This document shows positions 40,773 through 49,535 of a stretch of DNA of 64,000 nt, piece by piece; within the stretch, counting starts at the first letter, position 1, and each line of letters opens with the position of its first letter. A model generated the notes under the pieces. It saw only the letters and a program-made list of their open reading frames with translations. It did no database searches and was not told where the DNA came from. Made by a program: the position numbers and the translations under genes. The stretch spans positions 448,001 through 512,000 of the forward strand of contig CAWDVR010000002.1 in the NCBI GenBank assembly GCA_963805975.1, read 5' to 3'. This DNA is from an uncultured Acidobacteriota bacterium (GTDB lineage Bacteria; Acidobacteriota; Thermoanaerobaculia; Multivoradales; SZUA-115).

Positions 40773-40978
40773 GGGCGATCCCTCTTGTCTCGGTAGTCAG
40801 TCGCCGGTGCGCCTTTCGCGAGCCCTCGAAGCTCCGCTATCGGCCGCTGGGGCACCAGGGTGATCACGCCCCCCTTTGCCACGACGCTGACGGTCTGGCC
40901 AACGGTCAGAGGAACCTCCCTACGAACCTCCTGAGGAATCACAAGTTGGAACTTTGGAGAGATTGTTGCCTGGGCCAT
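40769..40978 (-). CDS. AbrB/MazE/SpoVT-family antitoxin
   Basis: MAQATISPKFQLVIPQEVR..L..GQ; AGGAGGA RBS. Confidence 0.85.
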   Translation of the reverse strand: MAQATISPKFQLVIPQEVRREVPLTVGQTVSVVAKGGVITLVPQRPIAELRGLAKGAPATDYRDKRDRP

Positions 40979-41033
40979 GTCTCCTCCTACATTCGGCCGA
41001 TCGATTGGCTCAGTGTAATACAACGGCGCACGG

Positions 41034-41540
41034 CTAAAGAAAGTACAGCTCCTTGTCCACCTTGGGTCTTCCCCGGCGACCGCGGCCGGCTTTCTTGAGG
41101 CGAAAGAAGTCCTCGAAGCCCTCTTCCTCTCCGGCCGCCCCCTCCCCCATCTCGCTCTCCAGGGCGTCGGGGTCTTCGCCGGCTTCCAGGCGGCGGAGCA
41201 TTTCCTCCATGCGTGGGCCCGCCTCGAGGCCGGCGGCCTCGCCAAAGCGCCGGAGGAGCCGGGCCATCTGCCGGGGGTTCTCCTCGGCGCCCTCGTCGAG
41301 CCCGCCGAAGACCGATTCCATCGCGCCCTCGAGCCGGCTCTCGTCCATGCCGGCCATCGGGTCGTCCTCCCCACCTTCGTCCTCGGCCCTGGGCCTCACC
41401 ATGGCGAAGGAGGAGGGCCTTCGTCCTAGCTGGGGCCGCCCGCAGCGCGGGCAGGCCGGCTGGGCCTCGAGATCGATCCTCGGGGAGAGGAAGCTGAAGA
41501 CGGTATGGCAGTCCGGGCAGTAGAACTCGTAGATCGGCAC
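41034..41540 (-). CDS. FmdB-family zinc-ribbon protein
   Basis: PIYEFYCPDC...ACPRCG, acidic helical C-terminus; GGAGG RBS before GTG 41540. Confidence 0.8.
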   Translation of the reverse strand: MPIYEFYCPDCHTVFSFLSPRIDLEAQPACPRCGRPQLGRRPSSFAMVRPRAEDEGGEDDPMAGMDESRLEGAMESVFGGLDEGAEENPRQMARLLRRFGEAAGLEAGPRMEEMLRRLEAGEDPDALESEMGEGAAGEEEGFEDFFRLKKAGRGRRGRPKVDKELYFL

Positions 41541-41770
41541 CTGGCCCTCCGGCGATGCAAGCTCCTGGATCACGGGCATTTTCAGCGCCCTGGCCAGCCC
41601 GAGTCAATGACTCTCACTTTGGTCAGGCGATAATCTGCCTGCCGTAACTGCAAATCCCAATCGACTTCGGAATAGAACCTCGGGATCTCAGCGTTTAGGA
41701 CTCATGAACCGGGAGGGAGGCGGGCCTGAGCCCGCACCCCGGACCCTGAACTCTGAAGGAGACTCAAAAT

Positions 41771-42241
41771 ATGACCAACAAATCGATGACCCGCCGCACC
41801 GTGACCCACCCGTTCTTCGCCTCCCGTGAGCCCTTCGGGCCGTTCTTCGAACGGTTCCTGAACTTCGATCCCTCCCGCGGCGAGAGCTTCGGTCTTTCCG
41901 AGGACGCGGCACGCGGCACCTGGGTGCCCGCCGTGGACATCAAGGAGACCGAGGACGCGTTCGTGGTCCATGCCGAGCTTCCCGGCCTGACCAAGGAAGA
42001 CATCCAGATCACTCTCGAGAACAACGTCCTGCGCCTGGCCGGCGAGCGGCGCTTCGAGAAGGACGACGAGAAGGACAATTACCGCCGGATCGAGCGCGTC
42101 TACGGCAGCTTCAGCCGCGTCTTCACCCTGGGCGGCGGCGTCGACTCCGAGGGGGTGACCGCCAGCTTCAAGGACGGCATCCTGACGCTGAATGTGCCGA
42201 AGAAGGAAGAGACCAAGCCGCGTAAGATCAGCGTGCAGTAA
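41771..42241 (+). CDS. Small heat-shock protein Hsp20
   Basis: PAVDIKET, AELPG, ERVYGSFSRVF, ASFKDGILTL.VPK. Confidence 0.93.
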   Translation: MTNKSMTRRTVTHPFFASREPFGPFFERFLNFDPSRGESFGLSEDAARGTWVPAVDIKETEDAFVVHAELPGLTKEDIQITLENNVLRLAGERRFEKDDEKDNYRRIERVYGSFSRVFTLGGGVDSEGVTASFKDGILTLNVPKKEETKPRKISVQ

Positions 42242-42271
42242 GCCGACGCCGATCTTCCATGGCTCCACTTT

Positions 42272-42301
42272 CGGCCCGCTCCCGGCGGGCCGTTTTCTTT
42301 T
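42272..42301 (+). terminator. Intrinsic terminator after hsp20
   Basis: CGGCCCGC-TCCCG-GCGGGCCG then TTTTCTTTT. Confidence 0.8.
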
Positions 42302-42374
42302 CCGGCCTGGCTCGGCGTGAGCCGCACGAGCGCACGATGGGAGGCCGGCAGTCGCGGGCTACAAAGCGGGCTCT

Positions 42375-43556
42375 CTACACCACCACCGGCAGCAGGCTAG
42401 CCAGGTCGCGGTTGGCCGGAGTGAGGGCGTGGCGATAGCGGCGCGCGGTGTCGGCGGTCTCTTCGCGGCTCACCAAGCGCTCGTAGAGATTGGTGCGCTG
42501 GCGGGGGAGGTAGCCGGCGCTCTCGATCAGGTGCTCCATCTCGTCCTGGCTCATGCGAAAGGCCGTGCCGGCCGAGGAGACGACGTTCTCCTCGATCATG
42601 ATCGAGCCCATGTCGTCGGCGCCGAAGGCGAGCGCCGCCTGGCCGATCTTCTTGCCCTGCGTCACCCAGCTGGTCTGGAAGTGGACGATGTTGTCGAAGA
42701 AGAGGCGCGTGGCGGCGAGCGTCTTCAGGTACTCGTCGGCATAGGTCTCCGGCACATCCGGCATGTCCGTGTGCTCGTGCTGGAAGGTCCAGGAGATGAA
42801 GGCCGTGAAGCCGCCGGTCTCGTCCTGCAGGTCGCGGACGCGCTGCAGGTGCTCCACGCGCTCCGCGAGCCCCTCCCCCATGCCGTACATCATGGTCGCC
42901 GAGGTGCGCAGGCCGTTCCTGTGCGCCTGGCGCATGATGTCGATCCACTCCTCGGCCGAGGCCTTGGGGTACGCGAGCACCTCCTTGCGCACCGCGTCCG
43001 AGAGGATCTCGGCGCCGCCGCCGGGGATCGACATCAGGCCCGCGTCCTTGAGCCGCGCGATCACGTCGTAGAAGCTCATGCGCTCCTTGCGGGCGATGAA
43101 CTTCACCTCGGGCGGCGAGAAGGCGTGGACGTGGAGCGTCGGATAGTGCTCGCGGATGTAGCGCAGCAGATCCTCGTAGTAGGCGAGCGGCAGGTCCGGG
43201 TGGACGCCGCCCTGCATCAGGATGCCGGTGCCGTTGAGCGCCAGCGTCTCTTCGATCTTGCGTCCGATCTCCTCGAACGGCAGCAGGTAGCCCTCCGGGT
43301 CGCCCGGCGGGCGGTAGAAGGCACAGAACCGGCATTTGTAGACGCAGACGTTGGTGTAGTTGATGTTGCGGTCGATGTTGTAGGTGGCGACCTCGGGGTC
43401 GTTGAAGCGGTCGCGGACCTCGTTCGCGGCCATGCCGAGCTCGAGGAGATCGCCCCTTTCGAGCAACGTGTAGACGTCGCCGGCCGAGATGCGCCGGCCG
43501 CTGGTCGCATCGCCCAGGATCTGTTCCACCAATCGGTTGGAGGGCTCGAAATTCAT
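42375..43556 (-). CDS. mqnC: Cyclic dehypoxanthinyl futalosine synthase (radical SAM)
   Basis: DRNINYTNVCVYKCRFCAF, MQGGVHP, PGGGAEIL, FGADDMGSIMIEENVVSSAG. Confidence 0.88.
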   Translation of the reverse strand: MNFEPSNRLVEQILGDATSGRRISAGDVYTLLERGDLLELGMAANEVRDRFNDPEVATYNIDRNINYTNVCVYKCRFCAFYRPPGDPEGYLLPFEEIGRKIEETLALNGTGILMQGGVHPDLPLAYYEDLLRYIREHYPTLHVHAFSPPEVKFIARKERMSFYDVIARLKDAGLMSIPGGGAEILSDAVRKEVLAYPKASAEEWIDIMRQAHRNGLRTSATMMYGMGEGLAERVEHLQRVRDLQDETGGFTAFISWTFQHEHTDMPDVPETYADEYLKTLAATRLFFDNIVHFQTSWVTQGKKIGQAALAFGADDMGSIMIEENVVSSAGTAFRMSQDEMEHLIESAGYLPRQRTNLYERLVSREETADTARRYRHALTPANRDLASLLPVVV

Positions 43557-43735
43557 GGTTCTGATTTTACCACCCGGTCTCGCCCGGCGCCGTCCGCAAA
43601 TCCAGCCCGGCCCGAGCGTCTCCCTCTGGACCGTGACTTGCACTCCATGAGATGCAGAACTGGAGGCGTGTCGATATTCAGATCCAACGTGGATCCGTGC
43701 GTTGCGCGCTCCCCAACCGCAAAAGGAGACGACAG

Positions 43736-43996
43736 ATGGCCAACCTGACCCGTTCGAAGACGCGCTGGATCCTGCTCGGCGCTCTGCTGGTCGTGATCGC
43801 GACCGTCGCCACGCTGGTACCGCAGAGTGCCGATGCGATCCAGGGAGTGTGCGCCTACTACAGCGACGCCACCTACACCACGGTGGTGGGCGCGCGCGGC
43901 ACCGGCTGCTGCGGCAGCGTGATCAACTGGGGCATCACCACCCCCTATCGCCGCTGCGAGCAGCTCTACTGTCCTGACGTGGTCTGTCCGGACTAG
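43736..43996 (+). CDS. Small secreted cysteine-rich protein (DUF6289-like)
   Basis: AAGGAG RBS; signal peptide ending ADA; YYSDATYTTVVG..CCG...WG.TT.Y; six Cys in about 52 mature residues. Confidence 0.75.
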   Translation: MANLTRSKTRWILLGALLVVIATVATLVPQSADAIQGVCAYYSDATYTTVVGARGTGCCGSVINWGITTPYRRCEQLYCPDVVCPD

Positions 43997-44007
43997 CGCT
44001 TCGATCC

Positions 44008-44037
44008 GAGGGGCGGGCCCACTACGGCCCGCCCCTC
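44008..44037. terminator. GC-rich hairpin between convergent genes
   Basis: GAGGGGCGGGCC-CACTAC-GGCCCGCCCCTC, 12-bp perfect stem. Confidence 0.6.
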
Positions 44038-44056
44038 GTCTTCCCCACCTCCCGGC

Positions 44057-44800
44057 CTAGAAACCGATCCGCCGCATGATGAACCGCGGCAGAGAGCGGA
44101 TCACCAGCATGATCCAGCGCCAGATCGCCGGCGCGTAGACCACCGGCGTGCCGCGGTCGAGGGCCCTGAGCACCCGCCGCGCCACCCCGTCCGGCTCGCC
44201 GGCGAACGGCGGCGGCTTCAAGCCTTCCGTCATGCCGGTCCTGACGAACCCCGGCTTGACGCAGACCACCCTGAGCCCCTGGGCCCGGAACTTGTGGTCC
44301 AGCCCCTCGAGGTAGCGCGTCAGCCCGGCCTTGGCCGCGCCGTAGAGGATCACCGGCTTTCGTCCCCGCTCGCCGGCCACCGAGCTGAAGACGCAGAGGG
44401 TGCCGCCGCCCCGCGCCAGGAGCCGCCGCCGCGCCTCCTCGCAGAATTGCACGGTGCGCGCGAAGTCCACGTCCAACACGCGCGCGGCGAGCTCGGCGTC
44501 GGCCTCCAGCCGCTCCTGCGGCGCGAAGAGGCCCGCCGTCACCACTATGGTATCGAGCCCCGAGAGCGTGTCCTCCGCTGCCGCCAGAGCAGGTGCGAAG
44601 GTCTCTGGGCGCTCCAGATCGCAAAAAGCTGTGCCCACACAAACCCCGGAATGACCTGAACGTACCTCGAGATCGCGCGCCGAGGCCTCGAGATCCGCGC
44701 GGTCGCGGCCCAGAAGGAAAACCTCGTCCCCCCGTTCCGCCAGCCGACGGGCGAGCGCCCGTCCCATTCCTTTCGTGCCTCCAATAAGAGCGACTTTCAT
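44057..44800 (-). CDS. SDR oxidoreductase, DprE2-like
   Basis: GGTKGMG, FSSVAGERGR, YGAAKAG, VKPGFVRTGMT. Confidence 0.8.
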   Translation of the reverse strand: MKVALIGGTKGMGRALARRLAERGDEVFLLGRDRADLEASARDLEVRSGHSGVCVGTAFCDLERPETFAPALAAAEDTLSGLDTIVVTAGLFAPQERLEADAELAARVLDVDFARTVQFCEEARRRLLARGGGTLCVFSSVAGERGRKPVILYGAAKAGLTRYLEGLDHKFRAQGLRVVCVKPGFVRTGMTEGLKPPPFAGEPDGVARRVLRALDRGTPVVYAPAIWRWIMLVIRSLPRFIMRRIGF

Positions 44801-44887
44801 CGTTGCGATATCCCGCTATGATTCTGGCCATCCATTGTTCTACAGCCTCCAAGTCTCGACGGTCCACCGGGAAGGGAGAGCGTACCG

Positions 44888-47800
44888 ATGTCCGCCACCA
44901 CGAGCAAGAAAGCCCTCGTTTCCCCGGCCCTGCTCCTCGCGGCGGGCCTGCTGCCGGCAGGGCAGGCGCCCGGCGACGAGAGCGGTGGTGCCGTGCTGGT
45001 GGCTCCCGCCGCGCCACGCGGGCGCATGATCGCCTCCGGCGAAGCGCATGCCTGGCGCGTCGAGGCGGCCGGCAGCCCGCTCCTGGTCACCGTCGAGCAG
45101 CTCGGCATCGATCTCGTGGTCGAGGTGCGCGGGCCGGACGATCAGAGCGCGCGAACGATCGACGGCCCCACCAGCCGCTGGGGGCCGGAGGTGGTCGTGC
45201 TCACCGCCGGCATCGCGGGCACGTACCGCCTGGAGGTCCGTCCGGGAGGGCAGGACGTTCCTCCGGGCCGCTACGCCATCGCCGTCGAGCCGCTGGAGAC
45301 GGGGGACACCGCGCGCCAGGCCGCGGCCCAGGCCATGAGCCATGCCTCCGAGCTGGTCTCCAGCGCCACGCCCGCGGCATTGAGCCTGGCCGGCACCTCC
45401 TACCGCGAAGCCCTGGAGGCCGGGCAGGCCGCGGGCGAGCCGCGCTGGGAGGCCGAGGCCTGGCACGCCCTCGCCGCCGTGGACCAGATGCGCGGCGACC
45501 TGCGCTCGGCGGCGGCCGGCTACCAGGAGGCGGCCGTGCTCTGGCGGCTCCTGGGAGACGCTCGCCGCGAGGCCGCGGCGCTCAACGGCCTGGGGCGCAC
45601 TCTCCTGGACCGCGGCGAGCTGGATGCGGCCCGCCGCACCTTCACCGAGTCGGTCGGTCTCTGGCAGCGCACGGGAGAGCGCCTCGAGGAGGGCGAGGTC
45701 CGCATCAACCTCTGCCTGGTGGAGCAGACGGCCGGCGCGGCACAGGGCGCCCTCGCCTGCTACGAGGAGGCCCGCGCGCTCTTCCAGGAAACCGGCGACC
45801 CGAGCCAGGAGGCGCGGATCCTCAACAACATGGGAGGCATCCACGACGCCCTGGGCGAGCCCGACAGGGCTCTGCGCTCGTACGAGCAGGCGCTCGCCCT
45901 GCGCCGGCGGCTCGGCGACCGTCTCGGCGAGGCCCAGATCCTCAACAACCTCGGCACCGTCCACCGGGCCCTGGGCGAGTGGCCCGAGGCGCTGCGCCTC
46001 TACGCCGAGGCACGGCAGATGCTCGCCTCTCTGAGCGCCGGTGTGGAGGAGGCCAAGCTGCTGAACAACATCGGCTTCGCCTACACCAGCCTGGGAGAGC
46101 CGCAGCGGGCGCTGGTTTCGCACCAGGAGGCCCTGAGGCTGCGCCGCGAGACCGGCGACCGGCGGGGAGAGGTCGTCTCGCTCAACAACCTGGGCATCGC
46201 CTGGCGCAGCCTCGGCGAGCTGCAGACGTCCCTCGACCACCACCGGCGGGCCTTGGAGATCGCCTCGGCGCTCGGCGACCCTCGCCAGCAGGCGATCAGC
46301 CGTCTGCGTCTCGCCGAGGCCCTGCTCGATCTGGGCGAACCCGAGGCCGCCCTGCGCGAGCTCGGCACCACCTCGACCTATCTGCGCGAGGCGGGGGACC
46401 GCCGCAACGAAGGCCTGATGCTCCACCTGCGCGGCCGGGCCCTCACTCTCGCAGGCCGCCCCCGGGAAGCCTTGCCGCTGCTCGAGGAGGCATTGGAACG
46501 GCGGCGGGCGGTGAGCGACCGCGCGGGCGAGGCGGACACTCTCCATGCTCTGGGCGCCGCGGCTCGCAGACTCGGCCTGACCCGAGAGGCGCGCGCCCAC
46601 GCCGAGGCGGCGGTGTCCCGGGTCGAGGCCATGCGTTCCCGTTTCGTGAGTCCCAACCTCCGCGCCGCCTTCCTCGCGGCGCAGCGGAGCGCCTACTCAC
46701 TGCTCATCGACCTGCTGATGGACCGCCACGCCGCCGAGCCCACGGCCGGCCACGACCGGGCCGCGCTCGAGGTCAGCGAGCGGGCGCGCGCCCGCACGCT
46801 CCTCGACCGCCTGAGCGAGCGGCCCGGTTCGGCTGGCGCAGCCGCCAACTTCGGCACCGAGACCGGTCTGCTCGAGCGCCGGCGGTCGCTCCGCCGCCGG
46901 CTGAGCGCCAAGACGGACCAGCTCCTGAAGCAGGCGGGCGCCAGCGCCGAGGCGCTGGGGCGCGAGATCGAGGTCCTGCTCACCGACCTCGACGGCGTCG
47001 AGGCGGAGATCCGCGGGCAGAGCCCCGGCGCTGCCGGTGCCGGCGACCCGCGGCCGATCTCCCTGCCCGAGATCGCCGGCCTTCTCGACCCCGAAACGCT
47101 GCTCCTCGAGTATTCGCTCGGTGAGGAGCGGAGCTTCCTCTGGGCGGTGGGGGCCGGCACCTTCCGCAGCTTCGTCCTTCCTCCCCAGCGGGAGATCGAG
47201 GCGCTGGCCCGCCAGGTGTACCAGGAAGTCTCGACCGTCGAGGTAGGAGCGGGCCCTCAATCGAGCCCAGCCCAGGAGGCGCTGGCCCAGATCCTCCTCG
47301 CCCCGGTGTGGAGCGAGGCGGAGCGCGGCAAGCGGCTGGTCCTGGTGCCGGACGCGTCGCTGCACCTCGTGCCTTTCGCGGCCCTGCCGGTGCCCGTGCC
47401 AGGGCTGGCCTGGGACGCGGCAGGAGGTCCCCGCCAACCCCTCCTCGAGCGGCAGGAGGTGGTCTACCTCCCTTCTGCCTCGACCCTGGCCCTCGAGCGG
47501 CTGCGGCTCGGCCAGCGGGGCGTGGCTCCGAAGTGGGCGGCAGTCCTGGCCGATCCGGTCTTCGCAGCCGACGATCCCCGCCTGGCGGGTCCGAACCTCG
47601 CCCGCCGTCCGGCGCCGGCCGCGAGCGCCCTGGCCTCGACGGCGTTGGAGCGGGGTGCGGAGGCCGCCGGCGGACCCCCTCTCTTCGAGCGCCTGCCCGG
47701 CAGCCGCCGCGAGGCCGAAGCGATCGCCAGGCTCGCACCCACGGGCCAGGTGTGGACGGCCCTCGACGCCGCGGCCAGCCGGGACGCCGTGCTCTCCGGC

Positions 47801-48262
47801 CAGCTCCGCACGTACCGCGTGGTCCATTTCGCCACCCACGCGATTGCCGACACCCGCAACCCGGAACGATCGGGGCTGGTGCTCTCGCTCGTCGATGCCG
47901 CCGGCCATCCTCTGGAGGGCTTCCTCGGCCTGCCCGAGATCTACGAGCTGAACCTCGACGCCGACCTCGCCGTCCTCTCCGGCTGCCAGACGGCCCTCGG
48001 CCGTGAGATGCGCGGCGAGGGCCTCATGGGGCTCACCCGGGGCTTCCTCTACGCCGGCGTGCCGAGGGTCGTGGCGAGCCTGTGGCGGGTGCAGGATCGG
48101 GCCACGGCGGACCTCATGTCCCACTTCTATCGGGCGCTGTGGCGCGACGGCCTCCCCCCGGCCGCGGCCCTCCACGCCGCCCAGCGCTCCCTGCGCCGCG
48201 ATCCGCGCTATCGCGACCCCTACTCCTGGGCCGGCTTCGTGCTCCAGGGGGAGTGGCGCTGA
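44888..48262 (+). CDS. Exported TPR-CHAT (caspase-like) protease
   Basis: Hydrophobic N-terminus, beta domain (EQLGIDLVV), many TPRs (ILNNLG..H..LGE...AL..Y), CHAT with HFATHA and LSGCQT, ASLWRVQD, WAGFVLQG. Confidence 0.92.
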   Translation: MSATTSKKALVSPALLLAAGLLPAGQAPGDESGGAVLVAPAAPRGRMIASGEAHAWRVEAAGSPLLVTVEQLGIDLVVEVRGPDDQSARTIDGPTSRWGPEVVVLTAGIAGTYRLEVRPGGQDVPPGRYAIAVEPLETGDTARQAAAQAMSHASELVSSATPAALSLAGTSYREALEAGQAAGEPRWEAEAWHALAAVDQMRGDLRSAAAGYQEAAVLWRLLGDARREAAALNGLGRTLLDRGELDAARRTFTESVGLWQRTGERLEEGEVRINLCLVEQTAGAAQGALACYEEARALFQETGDPSQEARILNNMGGIHDALGEPDRALRSYEQALALRRRLGDRLGEAQILNNLGTVHRALGEWPEALRLYAEARQMLASLSAGVEEAKLLNNIGFAYTSLGEPQRALVSHQEALRLRRETGDRRGEVVSLNNLGIAWRSLGELQTSLDHHRRALEIASALGDPRQQAISRLRLAEALLDLGEPEAALRELGTTSTYLREAGDRRNEGLMLHLRGRALTLAGRPREALPLLEEALERRRAVSDRAGEADTLHALGAAARRLGLTREARAHAEAAVSRVEAMRSRFVSPNLRAAFLAAQRSAYSLLIDLLMDRHAAEPTAGHDRAALEVSERARARTLLDRLSERPGSAGAAANFGTETGLLERRRSLRRRLSAKTDQLLKQAGASAEALGREIEVLLTDLDGVEAEIRGQSPGAAGAGDPRPISLPEIAGLLDPETLLLEYSLGEERSFLWAVGAGTFRSFVLPPQREIEALARQVYQEVSTVEVGAGPQSSPAQEALAQILLAPVWSEAERGKRLVLVPDASLHLVPFAALPVPVPGLAWDAAGGPRQPLLERQEVVYLPSASTLALERLRLGQRGVAPKWAAVLADPVFAADDPRLAGPNLARRPAPAASALASTALERGAEAAGGPPLFERLPGSRREAEAIARLAPTGQVWTALDAAASRDAVLSGQLRTYRVVHFATHAIADTRNPERSGLVLSLVDAAGHPLEGFLGLPEIYELNLDADLAVLSGCQTALGREMRGEGLMGLTRGFLYAGVPRVVASLWRVQDRATADLMSHFYRALWRDGLPPAAALHAAQRSLRRDPRYRDPYSWAGFVLQGEWR

Positions 48263-48358
48263 GATTTCTCGCTCCCCGGTGAGATAGCGGCGGCCGCCGC
48301 GACAGCAGAGAGGAAACCACCTCGGCGCCGGGAGCGCCGGAAACCAAGAGGAGGAGCC

Positions 48359-48748
48359 ATGAGCCGCACTCTCATGAAAAGGACCCTGGGCTGGAAAGTC
48401 GACGAGATTCCCTCGACGATGTACGACCTGGGCCTCGCCCCGGTGCCCGTCATGCCCACCCTCAAGTTCCTGGATACCGGCAGCCACCTGAGGATCGACG
48501 ATTCCGGCGCCGGAAGCCGCTGGAACGACGTGCTCTGCGCCCCCGCTGCCGGCTCTCTAGAGAAGGAGTGGACCGGCACGCTGGAGAACCCCTCTCAGGC
48601 CTTCGTCATCACGCTGTCGACGAGCGGCTCGAAGAGCTTGGAGGTGAGCGTCGCCGCCGCTGTGACTCCGGATCCCCGCGGCGGTGGCCGCGACGACAAC
48701 TACGGCCCCCCGGCCGGCGGTTCCTGGACCGCGCAGGAAGGTAGCTGA
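48359..48748 (+). CDS. Hypothetical 129-aa protein in CHAT cassette
   Basis: GAGGAGGAG RBS, GC3-rich codons, no recognisable family; ends GGSWTAQEGS. Confidence 0.75.
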   Translation: MSRTLMKRTLGWKVDEIPSTMYDLGLAPVPVMPTLKFLDTGSHLRIDDSGAGSRWNDVLCAPAAGSLEKEWTGTLENPSQAFVITLSTSGSKSLEVSVAAAVTPDPRGGGRDDNYGPPAGGSWTAQEGS

Positions 48749-48910
48749 GGCCGCCGGCGGCTTCCGGTGAGAGATCGACCGAGAAGGTGATCCATGTGCG
48801 CGGCAGTGACAGTGGCGCTCGGAGAGCGGGGTATGATGTTCCCTCTCCCGGCGAGATCTCCGGCACGCGCGGCAGAGGGCTTGCGCCCACGCCGAGACGC
48901 AGTGGGCGCC

Positions 48911-49519
48911 ATGAGCACCGATGCGGCACCCGAGCTTTCCGAGGCCGAGGTCGCGGCCGACCTCGGCCGGCGGATCGCGGCCGGCGACGCGGCGGCCGAA
49001 GGGCAGCTCGTCGAGCGCTACAGCCGCGGCCTTCTCTACCTCCTGCGGCGCCTGGGCGCTCCGCCGGAAGCCGCGGAGGATCTCCACCAGGAATCCTTCC
49101 GCATCGCCCTCGAGCGGCTGCGGACCAGCGGCCTCGACGACCCGGCGGGCCTCGGCGGTTTCCTGCGCGGTATCGCGCGCAACCTGATGGTGGCCGACCG
49201 GCGCAAGAGCGCCCGCCGCCGCACCGAGGCCGACCCCGAGCGGCTCGAGCAGGCCGCCCATCCCGCGCCGAGCCAGCTCTCCTGCGTGCTCCACGACGAG
49301 GAGGCCGCGATCGTGCGGCGGCTGATCGGCGAGCTGCCGACCGACCGCGACCGGCAGCTCCTGCTGCGCTTCTACGTTGCCGAAGAGGAAAAGGAAAGCA
49401 TCTGTGCCGACCTCGCCCTCGACAGCCTCCACTTCAACCGCGTCCTGTTCCGCGCCCGGCAGCGCTTCAAGGAGCTCCTGGAGCATTCCGCGGGACGGCA
49501 GGCGCAGTGGAGCTCGTGA
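48911..49519 (+). CDS. ECF-type sigma70 factor (start uncertain)
   Basis: Region 2 (GDAAAEGQLVERY, AEDLHQESF, FLRGIARNL), region 4 ([26 protein letters not shown]). Confidence 0.9.
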   Translation: MSTDAAPELSEAEVAADLGRRIAAGDAAAEGQLVERYSRGLLYLLRRLGAPPEAAEDLHQESFRIALERLRTSGLDDPAGLGGFLRGIARNLMVADRRKSARRRTEADPERLEQAAHPAPSQLSCVLHDEEAAIVRRLIGELPTDRDRQLLLRFYVAEEEKESICADLALDSLHFNRVLFRARQRFKELLEHSAGRQAQWSS

Positions 49520-49535
49520 GGTGAAAAGAGAGGCC

